From assembly GCA_002339675.1 (NCBI GenBank), contig DDKB01000019.1, positions 28,876 to 92,875 of the forward strand: DNA of 64,000 nucleotides. The letters run 5' to 3'. Every line of letters starts with the position of its first letter. Within the stretch, counting starts at the first letter, position 1. The notes under the pieces were generated by a model that was not told the origin of the DNA, did no database searches, and saw only the letters and a list, made by a program, of their open reading frames with translations. Position numbers and translations under genes: made by a program. This document shows positions 51,442-62,257 of this stretch, in pieces. Origin of the DNA: Stutzerimonas stutzeri (GTDB lineage: Bacteria > Pseudomonadota > Gammaproteobacteria > Pseudomonadales > Pseudomonadaceae).

Positions 51442-51783
51442 ATGAGTACCACCTTCCATGAAGACGTAAGCAGCAATGTGCTTCTGCGGATGAAAGAGGG
51501 CGGCTTCGATTTCGCCCGTGTCCATCCCATCGAGTTCTACGCCGTGTTTCCCGACCGCGAGCGAGCCTGCGCGGCGGCCAGCACCTTTCGCGGCGAATGC
51601 GTCAATACGCAGATCGCTCCCCGAGACGATGGCGCCTGGGACCTTCAGGTCAGCAAGGTGATGTATGCCACCTTCGACGGCATCGGCGATTTCGAGCAAG
51701 ACCTGGAGAACCTGGTCGAGCCGCTGGGGGGCGTGCTCGATGGCTGGGGCGTGACCCAGGAATTGTCGGGCTGCGCCGTCTGA
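51442..51783 (+). CDS. RraB-like (ribonuclease E inhibitor) domain protein
   Basis: GFDFARVHPIEFY...GGVLDGWG. Confidence 0.75.
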   Translation: MSTTFHEDVSSNVLLRMKEGGFDFARVHPIEFYAVFPDRERACAAASTFRGECVNTQIAPRDDGAWDLQVSKVMYATFDGIGDFEQDLENLVEPLGGVLDGWGVTQELSGCAV

Positions 51784-51787
51784 CGCT

Positions 51788-52744
51788 TCAACCCAGCCCA
51801 ACACCGCTTCGCAGTGCCTGATCCCATGGCGGGATCGGGCCGAAGCGGTTTTTCAGGAATTCCAGCAGTAACCGGCTGCGCGAGTCGGTCTCCCGGGTCA
51901 GGCGCAGCGTATAAATCCCGCTGGGCTCCGGTTCCGGCCAGCCCTTTTCGCAAAACAACGGATGTAACTCGCCACGCAGCAGGTGCTCGCTGATCAGCCA
52001 GGTAGGCAGATGGGCGATGCCCAGGCCGGCGAGTGCGCCGCACAGCAGCGCTTCGGCATTGTTCGCCACCATTCGCAGGCGGCCGGGGCGCAGTGCCTGT
52101 TGCTTGCCATCGAGTACGAAGCGCCAGGCGTGGGGCGGGGAGAGGGTGTCCCAGTCGAGGCCGTCGTGTTCCTGCAACTGCAAGGGCGACAGCGGCGTGC
52201 CGCGCCGCTGCAGATAGGCGGGGCTGGCGCAGGCGATGCGTGTCAGGGACGCGAGGGGTGTTGCCACCAGCCGGGTGTCGGCGAGCGGACCGATACGCAG
52301 GCTCAGGTCGACCTTGCCCAGGTGCTCGCCCTGCAGGTCGATGAAACTGTCGATCAGCCTCAGTTCGATGTCCACGCCGGGGTAGGCCTGGAGGAATTCC
52401 GCCAGTGCCGGTGCCAGGTGGCGGCGACCGAAGGGCGCCGGGGCGTCGATGCGAATCTGGCCGTGCGGGCTGTTCTGGCTCGCGGCAAGTTCCGCGCGTG
52501 CCAGTTGCATCTCGTGCACGATGCGGCGCGCCCGCTCGGCAAAGGCGCGTCCGGCCGAGGTCGGCCTGACGGCATGGGTGCTGCGGCTGAACAGGCTGCA
52601 GCCAAGCGAGGCCTCCAGTGCGCTGATGCGCCGCGCGATGGCTGATGGCGTCAGACCGTGCAGGCGGCCGGAGGCCGAAAAACTGCCGCTTTCCAGCACG
52701 TCGAGAAAAAGCCCGAACTGTTCGGTGAGCAGATCCGATTGCAT
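51788..52744 (-). CDS. LysR-family transcriptional regulator
   Basis: GSFSAS...TPSAIARRISALEASLG..LFSRST. Confidence 0.92.
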   Translation of the reverse strand: MQSDLLTEQFGLFLDVLESGSFSASGRLHGLTPSAIARRISALEASLGCSLFSRSTHAVRPTSAGRAFAERARRIVHEMQLARAELAASQNSPHGQIRIDAPAPFGRRHLAPALAEFLQAYPGVDIELRLIDSFIDLQGEHLGKVDLSLRIGPLADTRLVATPLASLTRIACASPAYLQRRGTPLSPLQLQEHDGLDWDTLSPPHAWRFVLDGKQQALRPGRLRMVANNAEALLCGALAGLGIAHLPTWLISEHLLRGELHPLFCEKGWPEPEPSGIYTLRLTRETDSRSRLLLEFLKNRFGPIPPWDQALRSGVGLG

Positions 52745-52854
52745 GGGTTTCACCAATTGGCTGTGCGTGTTGAGCACAGCCATTTTGCGCGGCTTTGCGT
52801 TTCGCTGCGAGAGTCGGCTCGCTAGCATGCTTTCTTTTTTGCCGGGTTGGCTCC

Positions 52855-53610
52855 ATGGATCTGTACGCGACAGGCCTGAATATCCTGCTGGGCCTCGCCC
52901 TCGGTGCGCTTGGTGGGTTGTTCGGAATCGGCGGGGGGCTGATCGCCATCCCGGTCATTGGCGTGCTGTTCGGACTGGATCAGCAGGTCGCGCAGGGGAC
53001 CGCTCTGGTGATGGTGGTGCCCAACGTGTTGCTCGCGATATGGCGCTACCATCAGCGCAATCGCATCGAGTGGCGTCATGCGGTCGCGCTGGGCGTTACC
53101 AGCTTCTGCTTCGCCATTGGCGGCGCGGCGGTCGCGGTTTCGCTGGACGCCGCGCGCATGCGGGTCGCCTTTATCGGCTTTCTCCTGGCGCTGGCTGCCT
53201 ACAGCCTGCTGCGCAGCTTTCTGCTGACCCCGCCAGGCGGCACACGGCTCCGCTACCCCTGGCCGTGGCTGAGCGCGCTGGGAGCGGGGGCGGGGGCGTT
53301 GGGCGGGCTGTTCGGAGTCGGCGGTGCGGTCCTCGCCACGCCCGTGCTGACCAGCGTATTTGGTGCCTCGCAGGTGGTCGCTCAGGGACTCTCGCTCTCG
53401 CTGGCCGCGCCGAGTACCGCCGTCACCCTGGTGACCTACGCCAGCCACGGTCAGGTCAACTGGGCGCTGGGGTTACCCCTCGCGGTGGGCGGACTGCTCA
53501 GCATCAGTCTGGGCGTGCGGCTGGCGCATGCGTTGCCGGAGCGTCTGCTGCGCGGCCTGTTCGCGCTGTTTCTGGTGTTCAGCGCGGTCCTGCTCTGGAT
53601 GGAAGTCTGA
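52855..53610 (+). CDS. TauE/SafE (sulfite exporter) family membrane protein
   Basis: Duplicated GGLFG(I/V)GG motif, AQGT/AQGL. Confidence 0.88.
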   Translation: MDLYATGLNILLGLALGALGGLFGIGGGLIAIPVIGVLFGLDQQVAQGTALVMVVPNVLLAIWRYHQRNRIEWRHAVALGVTSFCFAIGGAAVAVSLDAARMRVAFIGFLLALAAYSLLRSFLLTPPGGTRLRYPWPWLSALGAGAGALGGLFGVGGAVLATPVLTSVFGASQVVAQGLSLSLAAPSTAVTLVTYASHGQVNWALGLPLAVGGLLSISLGVRLAHALPERLLRGLFALFLVFSAVLLWMEV

Positions 53611-53619
53611 TGGGCGCGC

Positions 53620-55011
53620 TCAGGCGCGTGCCGCTTGCCGGCGTATCGCGCGGCGCGCACTGCGCGCAAGGCGAATACTGAGCAGGACAGCGGCACAACT
53701 GAGTCCGGCGATCAGGCCTTGCCAGAGTCCGGCGGGCCCGCTCGGTTCACCCAGGCGATCGGTCAGGCCGAGCAGGTAGCCGACCGGCAGGCCGATGCCC
53801 CAGTAGGCGAATAGCGTGAAGACCATGGTCATGCGCGTGTCCTGGTAGCCGCGCAGTGCGCCGGCCGCGGTGACCTGAACCACATCGGAGAACTGGAACA
53901 GGGCGGCGTAGAAGAACAGGCCGGCGGCCACTGCAATCACGGCGGGATCGGTGGTGTAGATGCGCGCGATCTGTTCGCCGAAAAGCAGCATGAGTCCCGC
54001 CGAAAAGCAGGCATAGAAGAGGCTAGAGACGATTCCCACTCCCGCGACGAAGCGTGCATCCCTTGGGGTCCCACGCCCCAGCGCCTGGCCGATGCGAATG
54101 GTGATGGCCATACCCAGCGACAGCGGAATCATAAAGATCAGCGAGGTGAAATTGAGTGCGATCTGGTGGCCGGCCACCACGGTCGCGCCGAGCGCACCGA
54201 TGAGCAGTGCGATCACCGAAAAGATGCTGGCCTCGGCAAACACGGCGACACCGATCGGTACGCCGACCGATAGCAGGTGCCGCAGCACCGGCCAGTGCGG
54301 CCAGTCCAGGCGAATGAAGAGGCCGCTTGGCTGGTAATAGACTGCGCGCCGGACCCAGAACAGCATCGCCAGGAGCATGAAACCCATGACCAGGGCGGTC
54401 GCCCAGCCACAGCCCACGCCGCCCATGGCCGGCACGCCCAGCTTGCCGTAGATGAAGATGTAGTTGAGCGGAATGTTGAGCATCAGTGCCAGCACGCCGA
54501 TCACCATGCTGGGCCTGGTATGACCGAGGCCGTCGCTGTAGCAGCGCAGTACCTGGTAGAGCGCCACGGCCGGGAAACCGCAGGCGACGGCGCGCAGGTA
54601 GGCCATGCTGGGTTCGATCAGCGCCGGCTCGACCTGCATCAGCCAGAGGACCGGTTCGGCGTTCCACATCAACACTGCGAACAGCGAACCGACCCCAAGC
54701 CCCATCCACAGCGCCTGGCGTACCAAGGGGCCAATCTGCTCATGCTGATCGCGGCCGAAGTGCTGAGCGACGTTGGGCGTGGTGGCAAGGATGACCCCGG
54801 TGACCAGCAGAAACACCGGCACCCAGATCGAGTTGCCGAGGGCAACGGCGGCGAGATCCTCGGGGCTGACGCGGCCGGCCATCAGGGTGTCGACGAACCC
54901 CATGGCGGTGTTGGCCAGTTGCGCGACCATCATCGGCAGGGCAAGGGCGAAGAGGGTGCGCAGTTCAATGCGAACCCGTCTGAGCTTGGACTCAGTGGGC
55001 ATTGCATGCAT
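53620..55011 (-). CDS. MATE family efflux transporter (NorM/PmpM-like)
   Basis: LALP...GFVDT, LNYIFIYG..G.PAMG..GCGWAT, GALRGYQDT; start 55011 or 55002. Confidence 0.92.
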   Translation of the reverse strand: MHAMPTESKLRRVRIELRTLFALALPMMVAQLANTAMGFVDTLMAGRVSPEDLAAVALGNSIWVPVFLLVTGVILATTPNVAQHFGRDQHEQIGPLVRQALWMGLGVGSLFAVLMWNAEPVLWLMQVEPALIEPSMAYLRAVACGFPAVALYQVLRCYSDGLGHTRPSMVIGVLALMLNIPLNYIFIYGKLGVPAMGGVGCGWATALVMGFMLLAMLFWVRRAVYYQPSGLFIRLDWPHWPVLRHLLSVGVPIGVAVFAEASIFSVIALLIGALGATVVAGHQIALNFTSLIFMIPLSLGMAITIRIGQALGRGTPRDARFVAGVGIVSSLFYACFSAGLMLLFGEQIARIYTTDPAVIAVAAGLFFYAALFQFSDVVQVTAAGALRGYQDTRMTMVFTLFAYWGIGLPVGYLLGLTDRLGEPSGPAGLWQGLIAGLSCAAVLLSIRLARSARRAIRRQAARA

Positions 55012-55120
55012 CCGATTGTATACAGAAGCGCGCTAGTCTAGCCGTCGCCGTGGCGGTCGGGAAGGCGCCATGGCCGCGTCAGCCGGTCTAGAATGGGCGC
55101 GACAACCAGGAGCCGAGCCG

Positions 55121-56266
55121 ATGCACATCCTTGCCGACGAAAATATCCCGCTGGTCGACGAATTCTTTGCCGGGCATGGCACGATCCGCCGCATGCCGGG
55201 CCGCGCGATTAATCGCGCGTCACTGGAACAGGCTGATGTGCTGCTGGTTCGCTCGGTGACGCGGGTCGACCGCGCCCTGCTAGAGGGCTCGGCGGTCAGG
55301 TTCGTAGGCACCTGCACCATCGGCACGGATCACCTCGACCTGGACTATCTCGACGCAGCGGGCATCGGCTGGGCAAGCGCTCCGGGTTGCAATGCGCGCG
55401 GCGTCGTCGATTATGTGCTCGGCGCGCTGCTGGCCCTGGCCGAGCACGCGGGCGTTTCGCTGGAACGGCGGCGTTATGGCGTGGTGGGGGCCGGAGAAGT
55501 GGGCGGCCGGCTCGTGGAGGTGTTGCGCGGTCTTGGCTGGGACGTGCGCGTCTGCGACCCGCCGAGGCAGGCGCGCGAGGCCGGTGCGTTCGTTTCCCTC
55601 GACGAGATCCTTGCCGAGTGCGACGTGATCAGCTTGCATACGCCGCTGACCCTGGAAGGCGAGTACGCCACCTTTCATCTGGTTGATGACGCGCGGCTGT
55701 CGTGCCTGCGCCCCGGAAGTTGGCTGATCAACGCGGCCCGTGGCGCCGTGGTCGACAATGCGGCCCTGCTTGGGCAGCTGCTTCGTCGGTCTGACCTGCA
55801 CGCCGTGCTCGATGTCTGGGAAGGCGAGCCGCAGGTCGATGTCGCGCTCGCCGAGCGATGCCGCATCGCGACACCGCATATTGCCGGCTACAGCCTGGAT
55901 GGCAAGCTGCGCGGAACCGCACAGATCTACCGTGCGTTCTGCGCCCGGTGGGGGCTGGAGCCGTCCGTCGAGCTCGCGGACCTGATGCCGGTTGCGCCGC
56001 TGCGGGGCCTCTCGTTCGAAAAAACGGTCACTGCGCAAGAACTCCTCCCGACCTTGTGCCGCGCCGTCTATGATCCGCGCCGTGACGACGCCGACTTCCG
56101 TCGAAGCCTGCAGGGCGACGAGGCGCAGCGCCGCGCGGGCTTCGATCAACTGCGCAAGCATTATCCGGCCCGGCGTGAGATCGATGGCCTGCGGATCGAG
56201 CTGCGCGGCGCCCCGTCGGAGCTCGCCCAGGTGGTTCGTGCGCTGGGCGCGAGGTGCACGGATTGA
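55121..56266 (+). CDS. pdxB: Erythronate-4-phosphate dehydrogenase
   Basis: [35 protein letters not shown]. Confidence 0.96.
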   Translation: MHILADENIPLVDEFFAGHGTIRRMPGRAINRASLEQADVLLVRSVTRVDRALLEGSAVRFVGTCTIGTDHLDLDYLDAAGIGWASAPGCNARGVVDYVLGALLALAEHAGVSLERRRYGVVGAGEVGGRLVEVLRGLGWDVRVCDPPRQAREAGAFVSLDEILAECDVISLHTPLTLEGEYATFHLVDDARLSCLRPGSWLINAARGAVVDNAALLGQLLRRSDLHAVLDVWEGEPQVDVALAERCRIATPHIAGYSLDGKLRGTAQIYRAFCARWGLEPSVELADLMPVAPLRGLSFEKTVTAQELLPTLCRAVYDPRRDDADFRRSLQGDEAQRRAGFDQLRKHYPARREIDGLRIELRGAPSELAQVVRALGARCTD

Positions 56267-56373
56267 CCGCATCGGCAACTATGCCATCCGGGCAGCCGGA
56301 CAAGAGGCCGGATGCAATTTCCGGCCTGCTCCGCTAGCATTACGCGTTCCCCGCTTTATCCCGCGATGGTGTT

Positions 56374-58389
56374 ATGAGTTATCAGGTACTAGCCCGCAAA
56401 TGGCGTCCGCGCTCGTTCCGCGAAATGGTCGGCCAGACGCATGTGCTCAAGGCCTTGATCAATGCACTGGACAGCCAGCGCCTGCATCATGCGTACCTGT
56501 TCACCGGCACACGCGGCGTTGGTAAGACGACCATTGCGCGAATCATTGCCAAGTGCCTCAATTGCGAGACGGGCATCAGCTCGACGCCCTGCGGCGAGTG
56601 CTCGGTCTGTCGGGAAATCGACGAGGGCCGTTTCGTTGATCTGATCGAGGTCGATGCGGCCAGTCGGACCAAGGTCGAAGACACACGCGAGCTGCTGGAC
56701 AACGTGCAGTACGCTCCCAGCCGTGGTCGCTACAAGGTCTATCTGATCGACGAAGTGCACATGCTTTCGTCGCATTCGTTCAATGCGCTGCTCAAGACGC
56801 TCGAGGAGCCACCGCCTCACGTCAAGTTTCTGCTGGCCACCACGGACCCGCAGAAGCTGCCGGTCACCATTCTGTCGCGCTGCCTGCAATTTTCCCTGAA
56901 AAACATGCCGCCCGAGCGGGTCGTCGAGCATCTGACCCATGTGCTCGGTGTCGAGCAGGTGCCGTTCGAGCCCGATGCGCTCTGGCTGCTTGGACGCGCG
57001 GCCGACGGCTCCATGCGCGACGCCATGAGTCTTACCGACCAGGCCATCGCCTTTGGTGAAGGCAGGGTCCTGGCTGCCGACGTGCGCAGCATGCTTGGCA
57101 CCCTCGACCATGGCCAGGTGTACGGCGTGCTGCAGGCGCTGCTTGAAGGCGATGCGCGCGGCCTGCTTGAGGCGGTTCGACAACTGGCCGAGCAGGGCCC
57201 CGACTGGGCCGGCGTGCTGGCCGAAATGCTCAACGTCCTGCACCGCGTCGCCGTGGCCCAGGCGTTGCCGGATGCCGTGGACAACGGGCAGGGCGACCGC
57301 GACCGTGTACTGGCACTGGCCCAGGCGCTGCCCGCCGAAGACGTGCAGTTCTACTACCAGATGGGCCTGATTGGCCGCCGCGACCTGCCATTGGCGCCTG
57401 ACCCGCGTAGCGGCTTCGAAATGGTGCTGTTGCGCATGCTGGCGTTCCGCCCAGCCGACAGCGAACAGGCCCCGCGAACATCACTAAAGCCCCAGGGGAT
57501 CAGTCCGGCCACGACTGACTCCGAGACAATCCCAGTGGCCGGCGCCGGTCCCGTGTCGATGCCCGCCGCCGCGTCCTCCACACCGATTGCGCAGGGCTCC
57601 CCCGTAGCAGAGGCAGGCAGCGACGTCGTGGCGCGCGCTGCTGCGCCGACCAGCCCGGCACCAGCGGAACCCCGTGCGGCGACGCCGGCGCCGACGTCCG
57701 ATTCGCCTGCGGCGGATGCCGTTCACGTCGATGTGCCATGGAACGAGCCACCGGCCACCTCGCCCGTGGCGGTGGAAAGTGAGGCCGCCGCGCAGCGCGT
57801 GGTCCCGCCAGTGGTGCCCGAGCATGTGGCCTCGGTCATTCAGGTCGCCGAATCCGAGGACGACGAGCCGCCGCTGACCGACGAGGACTACTTCGAGGTC
57901 GAAAACCAGGCCGAAGCCTACCTGGATGGCCTGGAAGACTTTTCGTCTGCGGATGCCGCACCAGAGCCGGCCCCGGCCGTCGAGCCGGCGACCGGCCTGG
58001 CGGCAGAGTGGCAGGCGATCTTTCTCAAGCTTGGCCTGGGTGGTCTGACGGGAAGCATCGCGGCCAACTGCACACTGGTCTCGGTCGAAGGCGATCGCTG
58101 GCTCATGCACCTTGATCCGGCGCAGAGTGCCCTGTTCAACGCGACCCAGCAGCGCCGCCTGAACGATGCGCTGAGCCAGTTCCATGGTCGCACGCTGCAG
58201 CTGGACATCCAGTTGCAGACGCCCCAGCAGGAGACCCCGGCGCAGGCGGCGGCGCGACGTCGCGGCGAGCGCCAGCAGGCTGCGGAGCAGTCGATCCAGG
58301 CCGATCCGGTGGTGCAACAGCTCATGCAACAGTTCGCAGCGGTGATCCGTGACGGTACCATCGAGCCGCTAGAACACTCCGAACCCTGA
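56374..58389 (+). CDS. dnaX: DNA polymerase III subunit gamma/tau
   Basis: MSYQVLARKWRP, GTRGVGKTT, IDEVHML, SRC; Pro/Ala-rich linker. Confidence 0.98.
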   Translation: MSYQVLARKWRPRSFREMVGQTHVLKALINALDSQRLHHAYLFTGTRGVGKTTIARIIAKCLNCETGISSTPCGECSVCREIDEGRFVDLIEVDAASRTKVEDTRELLDNVQYAPSRGRYKVYLIDEVHMLSSHSFNALLKTLEEPPPHVKFLLATTDPQKLPVTILSRCLQFSLKNMPPERVVEHLTHVLGVEQVPFEPDALWLLGRAADGSMRDAMSLTDQAIAFGEGRVLAADVRSMLGTLDHGQVYGVLQALLEGDARGLLEAVRQLAEQGPDWAGVLAEMLNVLHRVAVAQALPDAVDNGQGDRDRVLALAQALPAEDVQFYYQMGLIGRRDLPLAPDPRSGFEMVLLRMLAFRPADSEQAPRTSLKPQGISPATTDSETIPVAGAGPVSMPAAASSTPIAQGSPVAEAGSDVVARAAAPTSPAPAEPRAATPAPTSDSPAADAVHVDVPWNEPPATSPVAVESEAAAQRVVPPVVPEHVASVIQVAESEDDEPPLTDEDYFEVENQAEAYLDGLEDFSSADAAPEPAPAVEPATGLAAEWQAIFLKLGLGGLTGSIAANCTLVSVEGDRWLMHLDPAQSALFNATQQRRLNDALSQFHGRTLQLDIQLQTPQQETPAQAAARRRGERQQAAEQSIQADPVVQQLMQQFAAVIRDGTIEPLEHSEP

Positions 58390-58405
58390 TCCGAGGTAGA
58401 TCCCC

Positions 58406-58732
58406 ATGATGAAAGGTGGCATGGCCGGCCTGATGAAGCAGGCTCAGCAGATGCAGGAAAAGATGCAGAAGATGCAGGAGGAACTGGCCAATGCCGAGGT
58501 CACCGGTCAGTCCGGTGCGGGTCTGGTCAGCGTGGTGATGAATGGCCGACACGACGTCAAGCGCGTCAGCCTGGACGACAGCCTCATGCAGGAAGACAAG
58601 GAGATCCTGGAGGATCTGATCGCAGCCGCAGTCAATGACGCCGTGCGCAAGATCGAGCAGAACAGCAAGGAAAAGATGGCAGGCATGACCGATGGCATGC
58701 AGTTGCCGCCGGGTTTCAAGATGCCGTTCTAA
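58406..58732 (+). CDS. ybaB: YbaB/EbfC nucleoid-associated protein
   Basis: [26 protein letters not shown]; between dnaX and recR. Confidence 0.95.
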   Translation: MMKGGMAGLMKQAQQMQEKMQKMQEELANAEVTGQSGAGLVSVVMNGRHDVKRVSLDDSLMQEDKEILEDLIAAAVNDAVRKIEQNSKEKMAGMTDGMQLPPGFKMPF

Positions 58733-58838
58733 CCCCGCCAAATCGTAACGCGCCGGTCCGAATCGGGCTGGCCGGAGCGATCCGGGCCGAGGCCCGGTCG
58801 GCCTCCGTCGCTTCACCTCCCAGTTTCTCGAGATATCC

Positions 58839-59438
58839 ATGAGCTTCAGTCCGCTTATTCGACAACTCATCGATTCGCTGCGAATCTTGCCTGGGGTCGG
58901 TCAGAAAACCGCCCAGCGCATGGCGCTGCAGATGCTCGAACGCGACCGTAGTGGTGGCTTGCGCCTGGCGCAGGCGCTCACGCGTGCGATGGAGGAGGTC
59001 GGCTATTGCAAGTTGTGCCGGACGCTGAGCGAGGACGAGATCTGCCCGCAATGCGCCGATTCGCGTCGTGACGACGCGTTGCTCTGCATCGTGCAGAGCC
59101 CGGTGGACGTGTTCGCCGTGGAGCAGACCGGCTACCGCGGCCGGTACTTTGTGCTCAAGGGGCATCTGTCACCGCTCGACGGGCTGGGGCCGGACGCCAT
59201 CGGCATTCCGGAACTGCTGGCACGGGTGGCCGAGGGGCAGTTCAGTGAGGCGATCCTGGCGACCAATCCAACTGTCGAGGGCGAGGCAACGGCGCATTAC
59301 ATCGCGCAGCTGCTGATTCCCAAGGGGTTGACCCTCAGCCGCATCGCGCACGGCGTGCCGCTGGGCGGCGAGCTGGATCTCGTCGATGGCGGCACGCTCG
59401 CCCATGCCCTGGCCGGTCGCAAGACCATGACGCTTTGA
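58839..59438 (+). CDS. recR: Recombination mediator RecR
   Basis: [12 protein letters not shown]4 zinc finger, [12 protein letters not shown]. Confidence 0.98.
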   Translation: MSFSPLIRQLIDSLRILPGVGQKTAQRMALQMLERDRSGGLRLAQALTRAMEEVGYCKLCRTLSEDEICPQCADSRRDDALLCIVQSPVDVFAVEQTGYRGRYFVLKGHLSPLDGLGPDAIGIPELLARVAEGQFSEAILATNPTVEGEATAHYIAQLLIPKGLTLSRIAHGVPLGGELDLVDGGTLAHALAGRKTMTL

Positions 59439-59649
59439 TCCGCTGACCTTCAGCAGTTCGACTGGTCCCGTCGCGCTCCCTCTGTCGAGGTTGGGCTTAT
59501 AACCCGGCGATAGCAGGTTATTGCTGCTAGATAGTGTTCGATCGCGTTTGACTTGTGTAAAGTTCTAAGCCACGCATGGTTAATAACTAATAGTTAGCTT
59601 GTGCTGCCGTTTGGTTATAGGCGGCGCGCAACTGGCGAGCACGAGGTCG

Positions 59650-60639
59650 ATGATGAAGAAAGTCTGGCTGGTACCGGCATTGCTGCTCCTGAGCGCTGCG
59701 GCTCATGCTCAGGAAGCGTTTAAAGTGGGCTTCATCCGTGTGATGGACGACGCTCAGGCGATGGTTGCCTACGAGGGCGACTTCTACAAGAAACATGGCC
59801 TGGACGTGGAGCTGGTCGAGTTCAGCTCCGGCACCGACCTGATCAAGGCGATCATCGGCGGACAGCTCGACACGGGCGTGCTCGGGTTCACCAACGCCGT
59901 GGCCTGGGCTTCCAAGGGCGCCGACCTCAAAGTGGTTGGCGGGGCGCAGCAGGGCTATCACTCCATCGTGGCGCGCGAGGGGTCGGGTATCGACACCGTC
60001 GCCGACCTGAAGGGCAAGATCCTGGCGTCGCAGAAGGAAGGCAGCACAGCCGATGCGGTCCTGCGCGGCGTGACGCTGAAGGACGCCGGCGTGTCGCCTA
60101 GCGAGGTGAATATCATGGGCACCAGTCCGGCCGTCGCCGTGCAGTCCCTGGTATCCGGGCGCACCGATGCGGCATTTCTCTTCGAGCCCTATGACCGTAT
60201 CGCCCAGCTCGTCGCGCCGGTGAAGCAAATCTACGAGATCGGGGAAGTCTGGCCGTTCCCGTGCATGGTCGTCATCACCTCGGGCAAGACGCTAGACAGC
60301 CGCAAGGAGGCGGTGTGGAAGTCGCTGGACGCACAACGCGATGCGATCGACATGCTGGAAAATCAGCCTGCCGAAGCGGCCAAGCTGATTGCCGACTACT
60401 TCATTGCGGAGCCGACGCTCAAGACGGTCAAACGCGGCGATCTGCCACGTGAAACGGTGATCGAAGAAGCCATTGCCACCCAGACCTTCAGTGCGAAGCT
60501 GGGCAGCGATGACCAGGCACGGATTCAGGAGCTCGCCAATATCCTGCAGGATCTCGGATCGCTGAAGACCCGCGACGGCAAGCCGTTCGACACCGGCTCT
60601 ATCCTGGACCTGTCCTGGCAGCAGGCGCGCGAGCTGTAA
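59650..60639 (+). CDS. ABC transporter substrate-binding protein (SsuA/TauA/NMT1-like)
   Basis: Signal peptide; GLDVELVEF, DLKGK, EPY. Confidence 0.85.
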   Translation: MMKKVWLVPALLLLSAAAHAQEAFKVGFIRVMDDAQAMVAYEGDFYKKHGLDVELVEFSSGTDLIKAIIGGQLDTGVLGFTNAVAWASKGADLKVVGGAQQGYHSIVAREGSGIDTVADLKGKILASQKEGSTADAVLRGVTLKDAGVSPSEVNIMGTSPAVAVQSLVSGRTDAAFLFEPYDRIAQLVAPVKQIYEIGEVWPFPCMVVITSGKTLDSRKEAVWKSLDAQRDAIDMLENQPAEAAKLIADYFIAEPTLKTVKRGDLPRETVIEEAIATQTFSAKLGSDDQARIQELANILQDLGSLKTRDGKPFDTGSILDLSWQQAREL

Positions 60640-60732
60640 CCGGCGGCCTCTCGCTTCGGAACTGCCCGGCCATCGCGCCGGGCAGTGTCATTACGCTCTG
60701 GTATTACATGTGTTCGAGGTTTCCGTCGCGCT

Positions 60733-61476
60733 ATGCAGCTCAGGTTCGAAGAAGTAGACAAGCAGTTCGGGCAGCTAGAGGTCATCAAGGGCTTCAGTGG
60801 CGAATTTGCGCAGGGCGAACTGGTTGCGCTGGTCGGGCCGTCCGGGTGTGGCAAGTCGACTCTGCTGCACCTGGTGGCAGGGCTCGAGCAGCCGACTGCC
60901 GGGCAGGTGCTGGCCGATGGCAAGCGCGTTCCCGGCCCCAGCCCGCGCCGCACCTTGGTGTTTCAGGAACATGCCCTGTATCCCTGGCTCTCGCTGCAGG
61001 CCAACGTGGCTATGGCACTCGAGCTGCAGGGTGTCGTCAAGGAAGAGGCCTTTACCCAGGCCAAGGCCTGGCTGGCGCGGGTCAGCCTGGACGGCTTCGA
61101 GCACTACTATCCCCACCAGGTTTCCGGTGGCATGCGCCAGCGCACGGCGCTCGCGCGGGCCTTTATCGCTAAGCCGGAAGTGCTGCTGCTCGACGAGCCG
61201 TTCGGGGCGCTCGATGCCCTGACGCGAATGGCGCTGCAGGACGTCCTGCGCGAGCTGATCGACGAGCACCAGCCTACTGTACTGCTGGTGACGCATGACG
61301 TGGATGAAGCCTTGTACCTGGCCGACCATGTGCTGGTTTTCAGTGCGCGTCCGGCACGGGTGCTCAAGACATTCAACTTTACCCATTGTGAAAAGAGCCA
61401 CGACCTCTCCGAATTCGCGGCCGAGCGGCGCGAAATCCTTCGGTTGCTGGGCATCAAGACGGAGGTAGGGCACTGA
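60733..61476 (+). CDS. ABC transporter ATP-binding protein (TauB/SsuB-like)
   Basis: GPSGCGKS, VSGGMRQR, LLLDEPFGALD, VTHD. Confidence 0.92.
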   Translation: MQLRFEEVDKQFGQLEVIKGFSGEFAQGELVALVGPSGCGKSTLLHLVAGLEQPTAGQVLADGKRVPGPSPRRTLVFQEHALYPWLSLQANVAMALELQGVVKEEAFTQAKAWLARVSLDGFEHYYPHQVSGGMRQRTALARAFIAKPEVLLLDEPFGALDALTRMALQDVLRELIDEHQPTVLLVTHDVDEALYLADHVLVFSARPARVLKTFNFTHCEKSHDLSEFAAERREILRLLGIKTEVGH

Positions 61477-62249
61477 TGAGCCAGGGTAGACGCCTAACTG
61501 GCCCCAAGAAGTACCTCGCCGTACTGCTCGCGATTCTGTTCATCCTGCTCATCTGGCAAATTGCTGCGTGGAGCCTGCCGGCGTTTCTCATGCCAGGAAT
61601 TCCGGTGGTATTCGGGCGTCTGCTTGAGACGGTGCAGGAGCCGGTCTTTCGCGAGGGTCTGTATGGAAGCATGAGCCGCCTGGGCAGCGGCTACAGTTTC
61701 GCTCTGCTGTTCGGCATCGGGTTCGGCCTGTTGGGCGGCGTGCTGTTCTTCTTCCGCGAGATTCTGCGCTCCGCCATCGTCATCCTTCAGTCGATCCCTT
61801 CGATTGCCTGGGTGCCGCTGTTTCTGATCGTGATGGGATTTGGCAACCTGCCGATCATCGTCGTGGTCGCGCTGGCGGCCTTTTTTCCGATGGCGCTCTC
61901 GGTGATGAACGCCACCGAAAGCGTGCAGCCGGTGCACGTCGCTGCGGCGAGGGTGATGGGCGCCACGCGTTGGCAGCTGCTAAGGCGTGTCTACCTGCCG
62001 GCGGTGATGCCGGAACTGATCACCGGGGCGCAGTTGGCGTTCGGCAATGCCTGGCGCGCGCTGATTTCCGCCGAGATGCTGATCGGTTTCGGTCAGGGGC
62101 TCGGTCGCTCGCTGGCCTATTCCGGGGAGATCGCGGACATGGCCGGAGTGATGATGAATATCCTGGTCATCGCCATCCTCGCCACGCTCATCGATCAGGT
62201 CGTCCTGGAAAAATTCAAGCAGCGCATGCTGCGCTATCAGTACGTGTAG
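61476..62249 (+). CDS. ABC transporter permease (TauC/SsuC-like)
   Basis: IPSIAWVP, AARVMGA EAA-like loop, AEML...GLG. Confidence 0.9.
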   Translation: MSQGRRLTGPKKYLAVLLAILFILLIWQIAAWSLPAFLMPGIPVVFGRLLETVQEPVFREGLYGSMSRLGSGYSFALLFGIGFGLLGGVLFFFREILRSAIVILQSIPSIAWVPLFLIVMGFGNLPIIVVVALAAFFPMALSVMNATESVQPVHVAAARVMGATRWQLLRRVYLPAVMPELITGAQLAFGNAWRALISAEMLIGFGQGLGRSLAYSGEIADMAGVMMNILVIAILATLIDQVVLEKFKQRMLRYQYV

Positions 62250-62257
62250 GCGACGGC

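Noticed and set aside
56267..56373. SRP RNA (ffs) upstream of dnaX
   Set aside because: The conserved CAGG...GGAA...GCAGC domain IV motif is not seen
57480..58000. dnaX programmed frameshift or repeat expansion
   Set aside because: No A-AAA-AAG slippery site seen; the Pro/Ala-rich linker is normal for tau
24541..61473. Long antisense ORFs (e.g. 24541-26469, 34133-35791, 43601-44989, 50290-51804)
   Set aside because: Shadow frames of high-GC genes with biased codon usage; no motifs
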